From assembly GCA_965219575.1 (NCBI GenBank), contig OZ244779.1, forward strand, positions 1,100,769-1,164,768: DNA of 64,000 bases. The letters are read 5' to 3'. How positions within the stretch are numbered: the stretch's first letter is position 1; the number at the start of each line of letters is the position of its first letter. Made by a program: the position numbers and the translations under genes. The notes under the pieces were generated by a model. That model saw only the letters and a list, made by a program, of their open reading frames with translations. It was not told where the DNA came from and did not search any database. This document shows positions 53,214 through 64,000 of this stretch, one piece after another. The DNA is from Candidatus Oxydemutatoraceae bacterium. GTDB lineage: Bacteria; Pseudomonadota; Gammaproteobacteria; Poriferisulfidales; Oxydemutatoraceae.

Positions 53214-54536
53214 ATGAAACAAATGAAAATCGGTCTACTCGGTTTGGGTACCGTCGGTTGCGGCATGATTGAAGTATTGTCGCGCAACGCACCGGAAATC
53301 GCCCGTCGCGCCGGATGTCGATTGGAGGTCGTTGCGGCAACGGCGCGCGATCTGAACAAAACACGCAGCGTCAATTTGTCGGGCATACAGCTGGTTGCCG
53401 ACCCGATGCAAATTGTGACCGACCCGCAGATCGATATAGTCGTAGAACTCATCGGCGGCAACGAACCGGCGTACAGCCTAATCGTCGCAGCGATAGAGTC
53501 CGGCAAACATGTGGTGACCGCGAATAAAGCATTGATTGCCAATCACGGTAACGAGATATTCAAGGTTGCCGGTGAGCAGGGCGTGATGGTGAGCTACGAG
53601 GCGGCGGTTGCCGGCGGTGTGCCGGTTATCAAAGCGATACGAGAGTCTCTGGCAGCGAACCGCATCCAAAGCATAGTCGGCATTATCAACGGCACCTCCA
53701 ACTATATACTGACCGAGGTCGGCGAAAAGCAGCGTAGTTTTACCGAGGCTTTAGCCGATGCACAACGGCTAGGCTACGCCGAGATGGATCCTAGCTTCGA
53801 TGTCGACGGCATCGACACCGCGCACAAGCTGATGATTATGGCGGCGACTGCATTCGGCATCCCGCTACAATTCAATGCGGTGCATATAGAAGGTATACGC
53901 AACATAGAGGTGCAAGATGTTGCGTATGCCGAAGAGCTGGGCTACAAGATCAAGCACTTGGGCATCGCCAAACGTAATAGCGAAGGCAATCGCGAAGGCA
54001 TAGAATTGCGTGTGCATCCGACGCTGATTCCGCTACACTCGATGCTGGCGAATGTCTCGGGTGTGATGAACGCCGTAGTGATAAACAGCGATGCCGCCGG
54101 TGCGACTTTATATTACGGTGCCGGTGCCGGTGGTGAGGCGACCGCCTCGGCGGTGATTGCCGATCTAATCGATGTCAGCCGCGCCCTCAACGCAGACCCC
54201 GAACATCGGGTACCGCATCTTGCTTTTCAGCCCGACGAACTGTCCGACCTGCCGGTGTCGGAAATAGGGCAGACGAAGACGGCGCGTTATTTGCGTCTGC
54301 AAGTCGAAGATAAGTCGGGTGTGTTGGCCAACATCACCCGCATATTGAGCGAATTCGACATCAGTATAGAAGCGGTATTGCAAAAGGATACCGCGACTGC
54401 GCACAACCCGCTGGTACCGCTGGTATTGTTGATTTATCCGGTCAAAGAGTCCGATATCCAAGAAGCGATAACGCAGATGGAGTCGTTGCCCGAAGTGACC
54501 GACCGTGTTATCAGCTATCGTATGGAGATGAATTGA
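53214..54536 (+). CDS. hom: Homoserine dehydrogenase with ACT domain
   Basis: GLGTVG, HVVTANKA, EAAVAGG.P, GIINGT.NYIL, G.GAG. Confidence 0.96.
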   Translation: MKQMKIGLLGLGTVGCGMIEVLSRNAPEIARRAGCRLEVVAATARDLNKTRSVNLSGIQLVADPMQIVTDPQIDIVVELIGGNEPAYSLIVAAIESGKHVVTANKALIANHGNEIFKVAGEQGVMVSYEAAVAGGVPVIKAIRESLAANRIQSIVGIINGTSNYILTEVGEKQRSFTEALADAQRLGYAEMDPSFDVDGIDTAHKLMIMAATAFGIPLQFNAVHIEGIRNIEVQDVAYAEELGYKIKHLGIAKRNSEGNREGIELRVHPTLIPLHSMLANVSGVMNAVVINSDAAGATLYYGAGAGGEATASAVIADLIDVSRALNADPEHRVPHLAFQPDELSDLPVSEIGQTKTARYLRLQVEDKSGVLANITRILSEFDISIEAVLQKDTATAHNPLVPLVLLIYPVKESDIQEAITQMESLPEVTDRVISYRMEMN

Positions 54537-55660
54537 GTTATCCGATGCCGGGACTGATAGAAAAATATAGAGATTGTTTGCCGTTGCCTGCCGATGCCGA
54601 GGCAATTTCGTTGTGCGAGGGTGCAACCCCGCTGATTCAACTGCGCAACATTCCCGCACTTTTTGACATAGAGCTTGAATTGTATGTCAAATACGAAGGG
54701 TTGAATCCCACCGGTTCGTTCAAGGATAGAGGCATGACCGTTGCCGTTAGCCATGCGGTTTCGCAAAAACAAAAAGCGGTTATCTGCGCATCCACCGGCA
54801 ACACTTCGGCATCGGCTGCGGCTTATGCGGCGCGAGCCGGAATGCGATGCTTCGTGCTGATACCCGAAGGCAAAATCGCTACCGGCAAACTTGCCCAAGC
54901 GATGATAGAAGGTGCCACGGTGATACAGATCAAAGGAAACTTCGATCAAGGCATGGAACTCGTCAAGCAAGTTACCGAGCAATCCGCCGTTGCCGTCGTT
55001 AACTCGATTAACCCGTATCGCTTGCAAGGTCAAAAGACCGCATCGCTGGAGATTATAGAAGTCCTCGGTGGTGCGCCCGACTACCACTGCTTGCCGGTCG
55101 GCAACGCCGGAAATATCTCGGCGTATTGGATGGGCTACAGCGAGGCGGCAGGGCAAGACAGTTTCTGCATAGACCGAGCACGCACGGCACTATCCGATCA
55201 CTATAAATCGGCATCGGTGATTACCGCAACACGACCTAAAATGTTAGGCTACCAAGCGCAAGGAGCAGCACCGATCCTCGCCGGACATAAAATAGACAAA
55301 CCCGAGACCGTTGCAACCGCGATCAGAATAGGCAATCCGCAAAGCTGGGAGATGGCGGTGAGTGCGAGCCGCGAGTCGCAAGGCTGGTTCGCCGTATGTA
55401 GCGACGACGAAATTCTATCGGCACAACGGCTGCTTGCCGAAAAGGAAGGCATCTTTTGTGAACCGGCATCGGCAATCTCTATCGCCGGCTTAATCAAAGA
55501 CATCGCCGCCGGCAAAATTGAGCCGGGCAGTCGCATCGTCTGCACCTTGACCGGTCACGGACTCAAAGACCCCGATGTTGCAATCCATCAATCCGCCACC
55601 CGAGCAATGCAAGCCGTAGCCCCGGAGTTTAATGCCATCAGCGAACTCATCAACCTGTAG
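54533..55660 (+). CDS. thrC: Threonine synthase
   Basis: EGLNPTGSFKDRGM, CASTGNTS, PVGNAGN, LTGHGLKDP. Confidence 0.96.
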   Translation: MSYPMPGLIEKYRDCLPLPADAEAISLCEGATPLIQLRNIPALFDIELELYVKYEGLNPTGSFKDRGMTVAVSHAVSQKQKAVICASTGNTSASAAAYAARAGMRCFVLIPEGKIATGKLAQAMIEGATVIQIKGNFDQGMELVKQVTEQSAVAVVNSINPYRLQGQKTASLEIIEVLGGAPDYHCLPVGNAGNISAYWMGYSEAAGQDSFCIDRARTALSDHYKSASVITATRPKMLGYQAQGAAPILAGHKIDKPETVATAIRIGNPQSWEMAVSASRESQGWFAVCSDDEILSAQRLLAEKEGIFCEPASAISIAGLIKDIAAGKIEPGSRIVCTLTGHGLKDPDVAIHQSATRAMQAVAPEFNAISELINL

Positions 55661-55685
55661 TAATAAATTATAATCTGCACAATTT

Positions 55686-55750
55686 AATTCCCCTCCTTGT
55701 AGGGGCGGACTTGCATGTCCGCCCTTAGGGTGGCAGGCGCAATAGCCCCA
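55686..55750. repeat. C unit with REP-A inserted into its hairpin
   Basis: TTCCCCTCCTT-[REP-A 55699-55724]-TTAGGGTGGCAGGCGC. Confidence 0.75.
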
Positions 55751-55761
55751 CGCGCTTGGTA

Positions 55762-56370
55762 TTAGTTCACCAAAAGCACGACTACACTGAGAATAGAACA
55801 TACCGAAACAAAAATGCCGATAGCGAGCCCAACACCCCATTTATAAATGTCATCTCTCAGTTTAGATTGTTCTCTTAAGATGTCATTTCTCAATTTAGAT
55901 TGTTCTCTTGCAATGGTCGCAATGTCCTTTTTCATTTCTACAATATCAGCTTTTATATTCAAGATGTCGGTTTTCATAACCGCCATCTCAACTTCAATAT
56001 TGTTTAGTCTCAGCTGTATACTTTTTATATCGGCTTTCATGTCTGCCATCTCGGCTTTTATGTCTACGATATCGGCTTCAACATTGTTTAGTCTCAGCTG
56101 TATACTTTTTATATCGGCTTTCATGTCTGCCATCTCGGCTTTCATGTCTACGATGTCGGCTTCAATATTGTTTAGTCTCAGTTTCATGCTTTCTATATCG
56201 GTATCAACATTGCTTAATCTTAGGTCTATACTTTCCATGTATAAACCTGCTTTGTCCGACTGTGGAGCATGTGTTTCCGATTCTAGAAAGTCCAGCTTTG
56301 ACTTCATTTCGAGTACCATTTCATAAATGGTCTTAATTGTTAAGTTATCTACATTTTCTATATTTTCCAT
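55762..56370 (-). CDS. Heptad-repeat coiled-coil protein with C-terminal TM anchor, copy 2
   Basis: Paralog of 23455-24033 with near-identical N- and C-termini and upstream DNA. Confidence 0.82.
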   Translation of the reverse strand: MENIENVDNLTIKTIYEMVLEMKSKLDFLESETHAPQSDKAGLYMESIDLRLSNVDTDIESMKLRLNNIEADIVDMKAEMADMKADIKSIQLRLNNVEADIVDIKAEMADMKADIKSIQLRLNNIEVEMAVMKTDILNIKADIVEMKKDIATIAREQSKLRNDILREQSKLRDDIYKWGVGLAIGIFVSVCSILSVVVLLVN

Positions 56371-56497
56371 TTTTAACCTCTTTAAGTTGAATTATAAGAA
56401 AGAGCCTGCGTTATAGCAAGCCGTCTAATCGTAATCGGATTATAAATTCGGCTATAGGATGCTTTTTCGCGTTTCCGACGAACGGTATCAAAAAAGC

Positions 56498-56596
56498 GAC
56501 CGCCGATTGAGCTTGTAGGGGCAGAATAAAGCTGCCGATTGAGCCAATGGGTCAATCGGCAATTCTGATGTCCGCCCGATAGGTTAATCGGCAATA
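56498..56596. repeat. Triple nest: D containing REP-A containing D
   Basis: CCGCCGATTGAGCTT-[56515-56577]-GATAGGTTAATCGGCAAT. Confidence 0.75.
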
Positions 56597-56739
56597 TAAA
56601 TATATCCGCCTTTAGGGTAGCAGGCATGATTGCCGCCACTTGTGCTCTCAAGGTAAGCGATGATTTATCGTTCCTACGGCAAATGATGATACTATATAGC
56701 GTTCTAACAATTTGAAATAAAGTAAAAAGGAGTTTTTGA

Positions 56740-57657
56740 ATGGAAGACAGAGACGGTTGGATATGGTACGACGGAGATTTCGTACCGTGGCGCGATGCGC
56801 GCGTCCATGTGCTAACGCATACTTTACATTACGGAATGGGGGTTTTTGAAGGGGTCAGAGCATACCGAAGCGACGAAGGTACGGCAATTTTTCGCTTAGA
56901 CGAGCATACCCGTAGACTGTTCAATTCGGCTAAGATGATGGACATAGAGATACCTTATACCGATGCGCAGCTAAACGAAGCGCAGAAGGAGGTGCTGAGA
57001 AGGAACAATTTGAACACCGCTTATATACGCCCGATGATTTTTTACGGTGCCGAAGGTATGGGTTTGCACACTAAAGAATTGAAGGTGCATGCCATCGTCG
57101 CAGCTTGGGAATGGGGTGCTTATTTGGGAGAAGAAAATATGCACCGAGGGATTAGCGTTAAGGTCTCTTCTATTGCGCGTTATTCGGTTAAGACCGCAAT
57201 GTGTCGCGCCAAAGCGAACGGTTATTATATTAACTCCATGTTGGCACTTCAGGAAGCGCAGCGGCACGGTTATGACGAAGCATTGATGCCCGATGTAGAC
57301 GGTTATCTTGCCGAGGGTAGCGGTGAGAATATATTCATCTTGTCCAAAGGGGTGCTTTACACACCCGATTTGGGTTGCGTGTTGGACGGCATCACGCGTC
57401 GTACGATTATAGAACTTGCCCGTGCCGAGTTGGGTTTGGAAGTGGTAGAGAAAAAAATTACCCGCGACCAAGCCTACATCGCCGACGAGGTATTCTTCAC
57501 CGGCACCGCAGCCGAGGTCACACCGATACGCAAGATCGACGAACGGCAGATTGCCGACGGTAGGCGCGGTCCTATTACAGAAAAATTACAATCGCTTTAT
57601 GCCGATGTGGTCACCGGACGCAACGAGCGATACCGAAAATGGCTGGACTTCGTTTGA
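56740..57657 (+). CDS. ilvE: Branched-chain amino acid aminotransferase
   Basis: LHYG.GVFEG.RAY, AKA.G.Y.NS, EGSGEN.F, L.GITR, TGTAAEVTPI. Confidence 0.97.
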   Translation: MEDRDGWIWYDGDFVPWRDARVHVLTHTLHYGMGVFEGVRAYRSDEGTAIFRLDEHTRRLFNSAKMMDIEIPYTDAQLNEAQKEVLRRNNLNTAYIRPMIFYGAEGMGLHTKELKVHAIVAAWEWGAYLGEENMHRGISVKVSSIARYSVKTAMCRAKANGYYINSMLALQEAQRHGYDEALMPDVDGYLAEGSGENIFILSKGVLYTPDLGCVLDGITRRTIIELARAELGLEVVEKKITRDQAYIADEVFFTGTAAEVTPIRKIDERQIADGRRGPITEKLQSLYADVVTGRNERYRKWLDFV

Positions 57658-57670
57658 TCTATACGGTGAG

Positions 57671-59086
57671 ATGAGCGCACTTGCCGACTTTCATAAGTCT
57701 CGGGTATTAATCGTCGGCGATGTGATATTAGATCGCTACATACAAGGCAAAACATCTAGGATTTCTCGCGAAGCCCCGGTGCCGGTCGTGCTGGCCGAAT
57801 CCATCGAAGAACGTCCCGGGGGTGCCGCCAATACCGCAATGAACACCGCCGCGTTGGGCGCACACACGACGCTGATCGGGTTTGTCGGGTGCGATGCCGA
57901 CGGCAAAAAACTCGGCGAATTGCTTGCCGACAGCGCAATAAAAGCTGAACTGCTGGAGAGCAAAAATGCCGAGACGATCGTCAAATCCAGAATTCTCAGC
58001 AAACATCAACAGCTACTTCGTCTGGATCGGGAAAGGGGTTTCCACGACCGAGAAGAACTCACACGGCTTTATGATTGCTATACCGCTTGTTTAGACGATG
58101 CCGATGTCGTCGTGTTGTCCGATTACGCCAGCGGGACGATGCAGGATGCACAAAAATTAATAGCCGCTGCGCGCCAAGCGAATAAACCGGTATTCGTCGA
58201 TCCCCGACAAAGGAATTTTTATTCCTACAAGGGTGCCACCGTGCTGACACCCAACTACGACGAGTTCAGAGCGATTGTGGGTTGCTGCGACGATTTGCAG
58301 ACCCTCGAGCGTTTGGGACTCAAGCTCAAAAAAGATTTATCGCTGACCGCGCTGCTTGTGACCCGTGGCAAAGAGGGTATGTCGTTAATACACGATGCCG
58401 AGCACATCTTTCACCTGCACGCCCAAGCCCGAGAAGTCTACGATGTTACCGGTGCCGGTGATACGGTGATTGCGGTCATGGCAGCTGCGTACGCCTGTGG
58501 TTTATCTCTGCCCGAAGCGATGCGCCTTGCCAATCAAGCGGCGAGCTTGGTCGTTGCGAAGTCCGGCACCGCCACCACAAGTTCCGACGAATTGGAATAT
58601 AGCTTACGACGCGAAGCCGATACCAAAATAGTCCGAGAATTGCCGACGCTACTCGAACAAGTGGCAGCGGCGCGTCGCAAAGGTTTGCGTATCGTCATGA
58701 CCAACGGTTGTTTTGACATACTGCACGCCGGTCATATTCACAGCCTAAGGCAGGCAGCGTCTTTGGGCGATTGTTTGATCGTCGCGGTCAACGACGACAA
58801 CTCGGTACGTCAAATCAAGGGAGCAGAGCGACCGTTCAATAATTTAGATCATCGCCTGAGTGTATTGGCGGAGTTGCACACCATAGATTGGCTCATCCCG
58901 TTTGCGGAAACGACACCGCTTGCGCTAATAGAGGCTATCACGCCGGACATACTCGCCAAAGGTGGGGATTATAAAGTGGAACAAGTGGACGGTTATCAAC
59001 ATGTAATCGCCAACGGAGGGCAAGTGGTGATATTGGATTATGTCGACGGATTGTCCAGCACCAAATTCATAGAGAAACTCACCTGA
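57671..59086 (+). CDS. hldE: Bifunctional heptose-7-phosphate kinase / heptose-1-phosphate adenylyltransferase
   Basis: RIS.EAPVPV, DVTGAGDTV, TNGCFDILHAGH, KGGDY; ATG 57671 chosen to avoid overlap with ilvE. Confidence 0.95.
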   Translation: MSALADFHKSRVLIVGDVILDRYIQGKTSRISREAPVPVVLAESIEERPGGAANTAMNTAALGAHTTLIGFVGCDADGKKLGELLADSAIKAELLESKNAETIVKSRILSKHQQLLRLDRERGFHDREELTRLYDCYTACLDDADVVVLSDYASGTMQDAQKLIAAARQANKPVFVDPRQRNFYSYKGATVLTPNYDEFRAIVGCCDDLQTLERLGLKLKKDLSLTALLVTRGKEGMSLIHDAEHIFHLHAQAREVYDVTGAGDTVIAVMAAAYACGLSLPEAMRLANQAASLVVAKSGTATTSSDELEYSLRREADTKIVRELPTLLEQVAAARRKGLRIVMTNGCFDILHAGHIHSLRQAASLGDCLIVAVNDDNSVRQIKGAERPFNNLDHRLSVLAELHTIDWLIPFAETTPLALIEAITPDILAKGGDYKVEQVDGYQHVIANGGQVVILDYVDGLSSTKFIEKLT

Positions 59087-59087
59087 A

Positions 59088-61022
59088 GTGAACGAGCAAA
59101 TACGACGGTTCATTATATCGGGCATACTTTTACTTGCGTGTCACAGTGTTTTCGCAAACCAGCTACTGGACAAGCAAAGAGCCGTATATGTCAAAGCCGA
59201 ACAAACGCTCAAGCAGGGGCAGGGTGCTTTCTTTTTGCAACAACGCGACTTGCTAAGCACCTACCCGCTATATCCCTATCTGCTGTATTTGGACATGGCA
59301 AGACGCATCGCATCCGTGGAAACCGACACCATCGTTGACTTTCTGAAGGTTTATGACGGCACGCCGGTTGCCGAAAAATTGCGCTATCAATGGTTGAAGC
59401 ATCTGGCGGCTAGAAACAACCGGCAACTATTTGCACAACACTATCGCACTAACCCGTATCACACCGATAAGGAACTCGCTTGTTTTTATGCGCAGAGCTT
59501 GTTGCAAAGCGGCCGTCTTGACGAACTACGCACTTTGACAGAACAACTGTGGTTGGTCAATTTCTCTCAGCCTTCGGAATGCGATGCCGTTTTTTTGTGG
59601 GGTAAACAGACGCAAGTGATCGACCAAGAATTGATATGGCAGAGAATTCTGCTGGTTGTCAGAGGCGGTCGCTTGAAACTTGCCGATTATCTCGCAAAGC
59701 AATTAGATGCCGACGTACGCAAGTGGTATGATTTGCTCAAGCGAGCGCATAATCACCCGTTTAAAGCATTGGCGGAAATAGAAAGCCACTCCAAGGACTC
59801 TCCTTTTCTGCACCAAGTGCTTTTGTATAACCTGTTTCGGGCGCGCAACGAGGATTTGGATAGAACGCATGCATTGTGGAGGAGCATGGCGCAATCTTTT
59901 AGACCGTATCGCGAGGTATACGAACAAGCGCGCAAAGATTTGGGTATCGCTGCGTGTTGGCAATTAGAACCCGAGATGGGGCTGTACTATCTATCGTCCC
60001 TGAAGACCGCCGTTGCCGACGAAAAATTTCATCATTGGCGCATACGGTGTGCGCTGCGCTTGCAGAAATGGAAAACGGTTTTAGAGACCATTGCAGTATT
60101 AGACGAGCAAGACCGCACGAGTAGCAGATGGCTTTATTGGAAAGCACGGGCACTCGAGCGTTTGGGAAGCGACGAAGAAGCGATCGCAATATGGAAGCGC
60201 AGTGCCTCGGAGGCGAGTTATTACGGTTATTTGTCTGCCGACCGCATCGGTGCGCCGTATGCGTTGTCAACCGCCCTTCCCGATGTCGAGCGAGCAACCT
60301 TGAGAACAGTCGGAGATTTGGCTGCGATGAAACGAATATACGAGTTTTATCACATGGCGCGAATTTTCGATGCCAGACGCGAAATGTTATATCTGTTGGG
60401 CAGGGTGGGCAAAGATGAACGCTTGGGTATTGCATTGCTATGCAGACAATGGGGTTGGGCGACTTGTGCGATCGAAGCATTGAGCGACCCGGTGTTTTGG
60501 CATAAAGAATTAGAGCTACGTTTTCCGATGCCGTATCGCGAACTCGTCGGAGCGCAAGCTCGTCTAGCCGATCTGCCGGCGTATTGGATTTATGCGGTGA
60601 TGCGCCGCGAGAGTGCGTTTATAGAAGATATTAAATCACCGGCGGGTGCACTGGGTTTGATGCAGCTGATGCCGGCGACCGCCCGTCGTGTCGCGCAAGA
60701 TGTGAAACTCGGCTACGCCTCTAATCGATCGCTATTGCAACCCAAGCTGAATATGCGGCTGGGCAGTACTTATTTAAGGCAAATGTACCTCGTCAACGAC
60801 CGAAACTGGGCAGCGGCACTTGCCTCGTATAACGCCGGACCTCATCGTGCTAAAAAGTGGAAATCGCAATCACCGGTGTCCGATGCCGATATATGGATAG
60901 AGACGATACCGTTTACCGAAACTCGTCGTTATGTCAGAGCCGTCCTGTTCTATACGGTTGTCTATTACTACAAACTCAACGATAAGGCGATACGATTGAA
61001 AACCCTGATACGGGAAATTTAG
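59088..61022 (+). CDS. slt: Soluble lytic murein transglycosylase (Slt70-like)
   Basis: YPLYPY, YW.AR, RRESAF, GALGLMQLMPATA, SYNAGP, IPFTETR.YV. Confidence 0.93.
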   Translation: MNEQIRRFIISGILLLACHSVFANQLLDKQRAVYVKAEQTLKQGQGAFFLQQRDLLSTYPLYPYLLYLDMARRIASVETDTIVDFLKVYDGTPVAEKLRYQWLKHLAARNNRQLFAQHYRTNPYHTDKELACFYAQSLLQSGRLDELRTLTEQLWLVNFSQPSECDAVFLWGKQTQVIDQELIWQRILLVVRGGRLKLADYLAKQLDADVRKWYDLLKRAHNHPFKALAEIESHSKDSPFLHQVLLYNLFRARNEDLDRTHALWRSMAQSFRPYREVYEQARKDLGIAACWQLEPEMGLYYLSSLKTAVADEKFHHWRIRCALRLQKWKTVLETIAVLDEQDRTSSRWLYWKARALERLGSDEEAIAIWKRSASEASYYGYLSADRIGAPYALSTALPDVERATLRTVGDLAAMKRIYEFYHMARIFDARREMLYLLGRVGKDERLGIALLCRQWGWATCAIEALSDPVFWHKELELRFPMPYRELVGAQARLADLPAYWIYAVMRRESAFIEDIKSPAGALGLMQLMPATARRVAQDVKLGYASNRSLLQPKLNMRLGSTYLRQMYLVNDRNWAAALASYNAGPHRAKKWKSQSPVSDADIWIETIPFTETRRYVRAVLFYTVVYYYKLNDKAIRLKTLIREI

Positions 61023-61030
61023 CAGTGATC

Positions 61031-61188
61031 TTCCCCTCCTTGCAGGGGCGGACTTACCTGGGGCTGTTGAAGAAGTACTGTTCTGCACGAATATAGTGTC
61101 GGTACATTCCCCTCTTCTGGAGGGGTGGCAGGCGCAAGAACCGCCGATTCTTTTTTCAACAGTCCGGCATTACTACTTTGGGTTGACA
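61031..61188. repeat. Mosaic repeat cluster ending in an IS1202-end copy
   Basis: C/A/B/C/D fragments, then CATTACTACTTTGGGTTGACA at 61168-61188. Confidence 0.82.
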
Positions 61189-61204
61189 AGTTTTGTGCTT
61201 ACGG

Positions 61205-61232
61205 TTGATTATTATTTCTAAATTGTTATAAT
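61205..61232 (+). promoter_or_regulatory. Sigma70-type promoter of the GLUG gene
   Basis: TTGATT-N16-TATAAT with TG extension. Confidence 0.5.
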
Positions 61233-61270
61233 CCAAAAAAATTAAAGAAACTATAATAGTTTATTAAAAA

Positions 61271-64000
61271 ATGAAAACCTTCTTGTTGATTATTCTACTT
61301 GCACTATTCAGTACGAACATAGTTGCTCAAACTAACACCGTCGTAGACACTGACGGGGGCTGATAGACATCAACGATTTGGAAACCTTAAATGCAATTCG
61401 TTATCAACTGGACGGCACGAGTTATAGGACGACAACCACCGAGACGGTGATGGGAATTACCGAGGGTTGTCCTAATAACATCTGCAAAGGCTATGAATTG
61501 ATGAGAAACTTAGACTTTAACGATGATGCCAGCTATAGTTCAACAGCCAATAGGATTACATGGACTACGGGAGAGGGCTGGCAGCCGATTGGAGATTCTT
61601 CCAATGCTTTCACCGGACAGTTTGAAGGCAACGGTCACACGATTTCTAATCTTACGATTAATAGAGGTGTCACAAACTACATAGGTTTGTTCGGTTCTAC
61701 GGGAAATGGTGCTGAAATTACTAATGTTGGATTACTAAATGTAAATATAACAGGGAATTTTAGTGTAGGTGGTTTAGTCGGTGGCAATGGCGGCAGTATC
61801 ACGAACAGCCATGCGACGGGAGATGTTTTTGGAGGTTTCTTTTTCGGTGGCGGCGTAGGTGGTTTAGTCGGTCGCAATGACGGCAGTATCACGAACAGCT
61901 ATGCGACGGGTTCTGTTTCAGGGAGTGGCAGCGCAGGCGGTTTAGTTGGTTTGAATTTTGCAACTATCACGAACAGCTATGCGACGGGAGATGTTGGCGG
62001 AGAGGTTTCTGCAGGCGGTTTAGTCGGTGTCAATGGCGGTTTCTTCAGTGAGTTAGGTCTCATTGAGATAGGTACCATCACGAACAGCTATGCGACGGGA
62101 GATGTTTTTGGAGGTTTCTTTTTCGGTGGCGGCGTAGGTGGTTTAGTCGGTCGCAATGACGGCAGTATCACGAACAGCTATGCGACGGGAGAGGTTGGCG
62201 GAGAGGTTTCTGCAGGCGGTTTAGTCGGTCTCAATGGTGGCACCATCACGAACAGCTATTGGGATATAACTACTAGTAGAATACAGACAAGTGCCGGTGG
62301 CACGGGTAAAACCATGGTGGAATTGATAGCGGCGAACGCACAAAACACGGACCCCGACAAACCCTATTACGAATGGAGTACTACGAATTGGGATTTCGGC
62401 ACCGGTAGCCAATACCCAATCCTTAAATATACCGACAATCCTAACACGGATAGTAGCGAATGTCGTAGTATGAGTGATACCACAACAGATTTACCTGTCT
62501 GTGGTAGTTTGTTGTCGCCTATACTCAGATATGGTTTGAGTGAGTTGCAATTAGTGGCAGGTAATCTGTTGACTGATTTTGATGTATTAGTGCCGAGCTA
62601 CAGAGGTACGGTAGTTAATAGCACCAGCACAATACGGTTCAGACCGATAACGGTAAATCCCGATGCCAAGGTTTACATTATGTCCGATGAAGAAGCTAGA
62701 GGTACGGCCATAGCGAGTGGTAATGAGAGCGGTATGATTTCGTTAAACACCGACGGAATAACTACTATCACAATTGTAGTTGAGAATGGTGGTGAAACAA
62801 CACCGACTGTTATTTATACTCTGTATCTTAATTATAATGAGGTTAATGATGTTGATAGGGATGATGACGGTTTGATAGAGATTGATAATTTAGAAGAATT
62901 AAATGCGATGCGTTATGAGCCGGATGGGACGGGCTATAGAGAGAGGGGCACGTTTAAGGTTACAGTAGGTTGTCCTAATGACGGATGCAGAGGCTATGAA
63001 TTGACGAGAGATTTAGACTTTAACGACGATGACAGCTATAGTTCAACGGCTAATAGGATTATATGGACTACGGGAGAGGGCTGGCAGCCGATTAATGTTT
63101 TCTTTGGTAAATTTGAAGGCAACGATTTTACGATTTCTAATCTTACGATTGACAGAAGTGGCACGAGTCGGATAGGCTTGTTTGGTCGTACGGGAAGTGG
63201 TGCTGAAATCGCTAATGTTGGTTTACTAAATGTAAATATAACAGGAAGTAGCGATGTAGGCGGTTTAGTCGGTGATAATGACGGCATTATTACGAACGGC
63301 TATGCAACGGGTTTTGTTGAAGGGAGTGGTGATAGTGTAGGCGGTTTAGTCGGTGGCAATGGCAACGGAGGTATTATTACGAACAGCTATGCAACGAGTT
63401 CTGTTTCAGGGAGTGGCAGTGCAGGTGATGTAGGCGGTTTAGTCGGTGATAATGGTGGCATTATTACGAACGGCTATGCGACGGGTTTTGTTGAAGGGAG
63501 TGGTGATAGTGTAGGCGGTTTAGTCGGTGATAATGGCAACGGAGGTATTATTACGAACAGCTATGCGGCAGGTTCTGTTTCAGGGAGTGGCAGTGCAGGT
63601 GATGCAGGCGGTTTAGTCGGTGATAATGACGGCAGTATCACGAACGGCTATGCGACGGGTTTTGTTGAAGGGAGTGGTGATAGTGTAGGCGGTTTAGTCG
63701 GTGATAATGGCAACGGAGGTATTATTACGAACAGCTATGCGGCAGGTTCTGTTTCAGGGAGTTTCAGTTTCGGCAGCGGCGGATTAGTCGGTCGCAATGA
63801 CGGCACTATCACGAACAGCTATTGGGATATAAATACTAGTGGAATACAGACAAGTGCCGGTGGTAGGGGTGGAACCACACAGCAATTGCAAGCAGCAACC
63901 GACACGGGCAGTACGCCCGGCGAGATATATTATAACTGGAGTACCGATGACTGGGATTTCGGCACTAGCATCCAATACCCGGTTCTCAAATATACGGATA
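61271..64000 (+). CDS. Large secreted GLUG-motif repeat surface protein (partial; frameshift in the G5 run at 61355-61359)
   Basis: Signal peptide ORF stops at 61361; a second frame is open from 61360 to the window end with GLI.I..LE.LNA.RY, GYEL..DLDF, GWQPI, FEGNG.TISNL and many GGLVG.N...I.NSYATG repeats in two modules. Confidence 0.85.

Overview
Gammaproteobacterial chromosome segment; the GLUG, pentapeptide, Rpn and DUF1640-like genes suggest a host-associated lifestyle such as a sponge symbiont (inference). Core genes: gyrA-serC-pheA, mreBCD, a methanofuran/H4MPT-cofactor-type cluster with pabB, copAB, tRNA-Ser(GGA), btuF, rseC-mucD, orn, hemA-prfA-prmC, ilvH-ilvC-pssA, moaB/moaE/moeA, surE-pcm-yqaA-nlpD-alaC-hom-thrC, ilvE-hldE-slt. 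An accessory island (about 17-27 kb) holds an IS1202-family element splitting an HTH-S24 repressor (15-bp TSD), a Fic gene, an AAA-DUF4143 gene, a coiled-coil membrane protein and a decayed McrBC. The most striking signal is non-coding: about 20 intergenic mosaics (roughly 10% of the window by my estimate) built from at least four small palindromic elements that insert into one another. A = GTAG-REP (GTAGGGGCGGAC..GTCCGCCC); B = MITE with GGGGCTGTTGAAAAA TIRs and 5-bp TSDs; C = CCCCTCC-N4-GGAGGGG-TGGCAGGC..GCCTGACGGGGTGG; D = GCCGATTGA-N9-TCAATCGGC. Filled and empty sites are visible side by side, one B element sits in frame inside nlpD, and one B-bounded unit with a 5-bp TSD carries a whole gene that has a paralog 32 kb away. 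No cognate RAYT or B transposase is in the window. All calls come from reading the sequence; no database searches were run.
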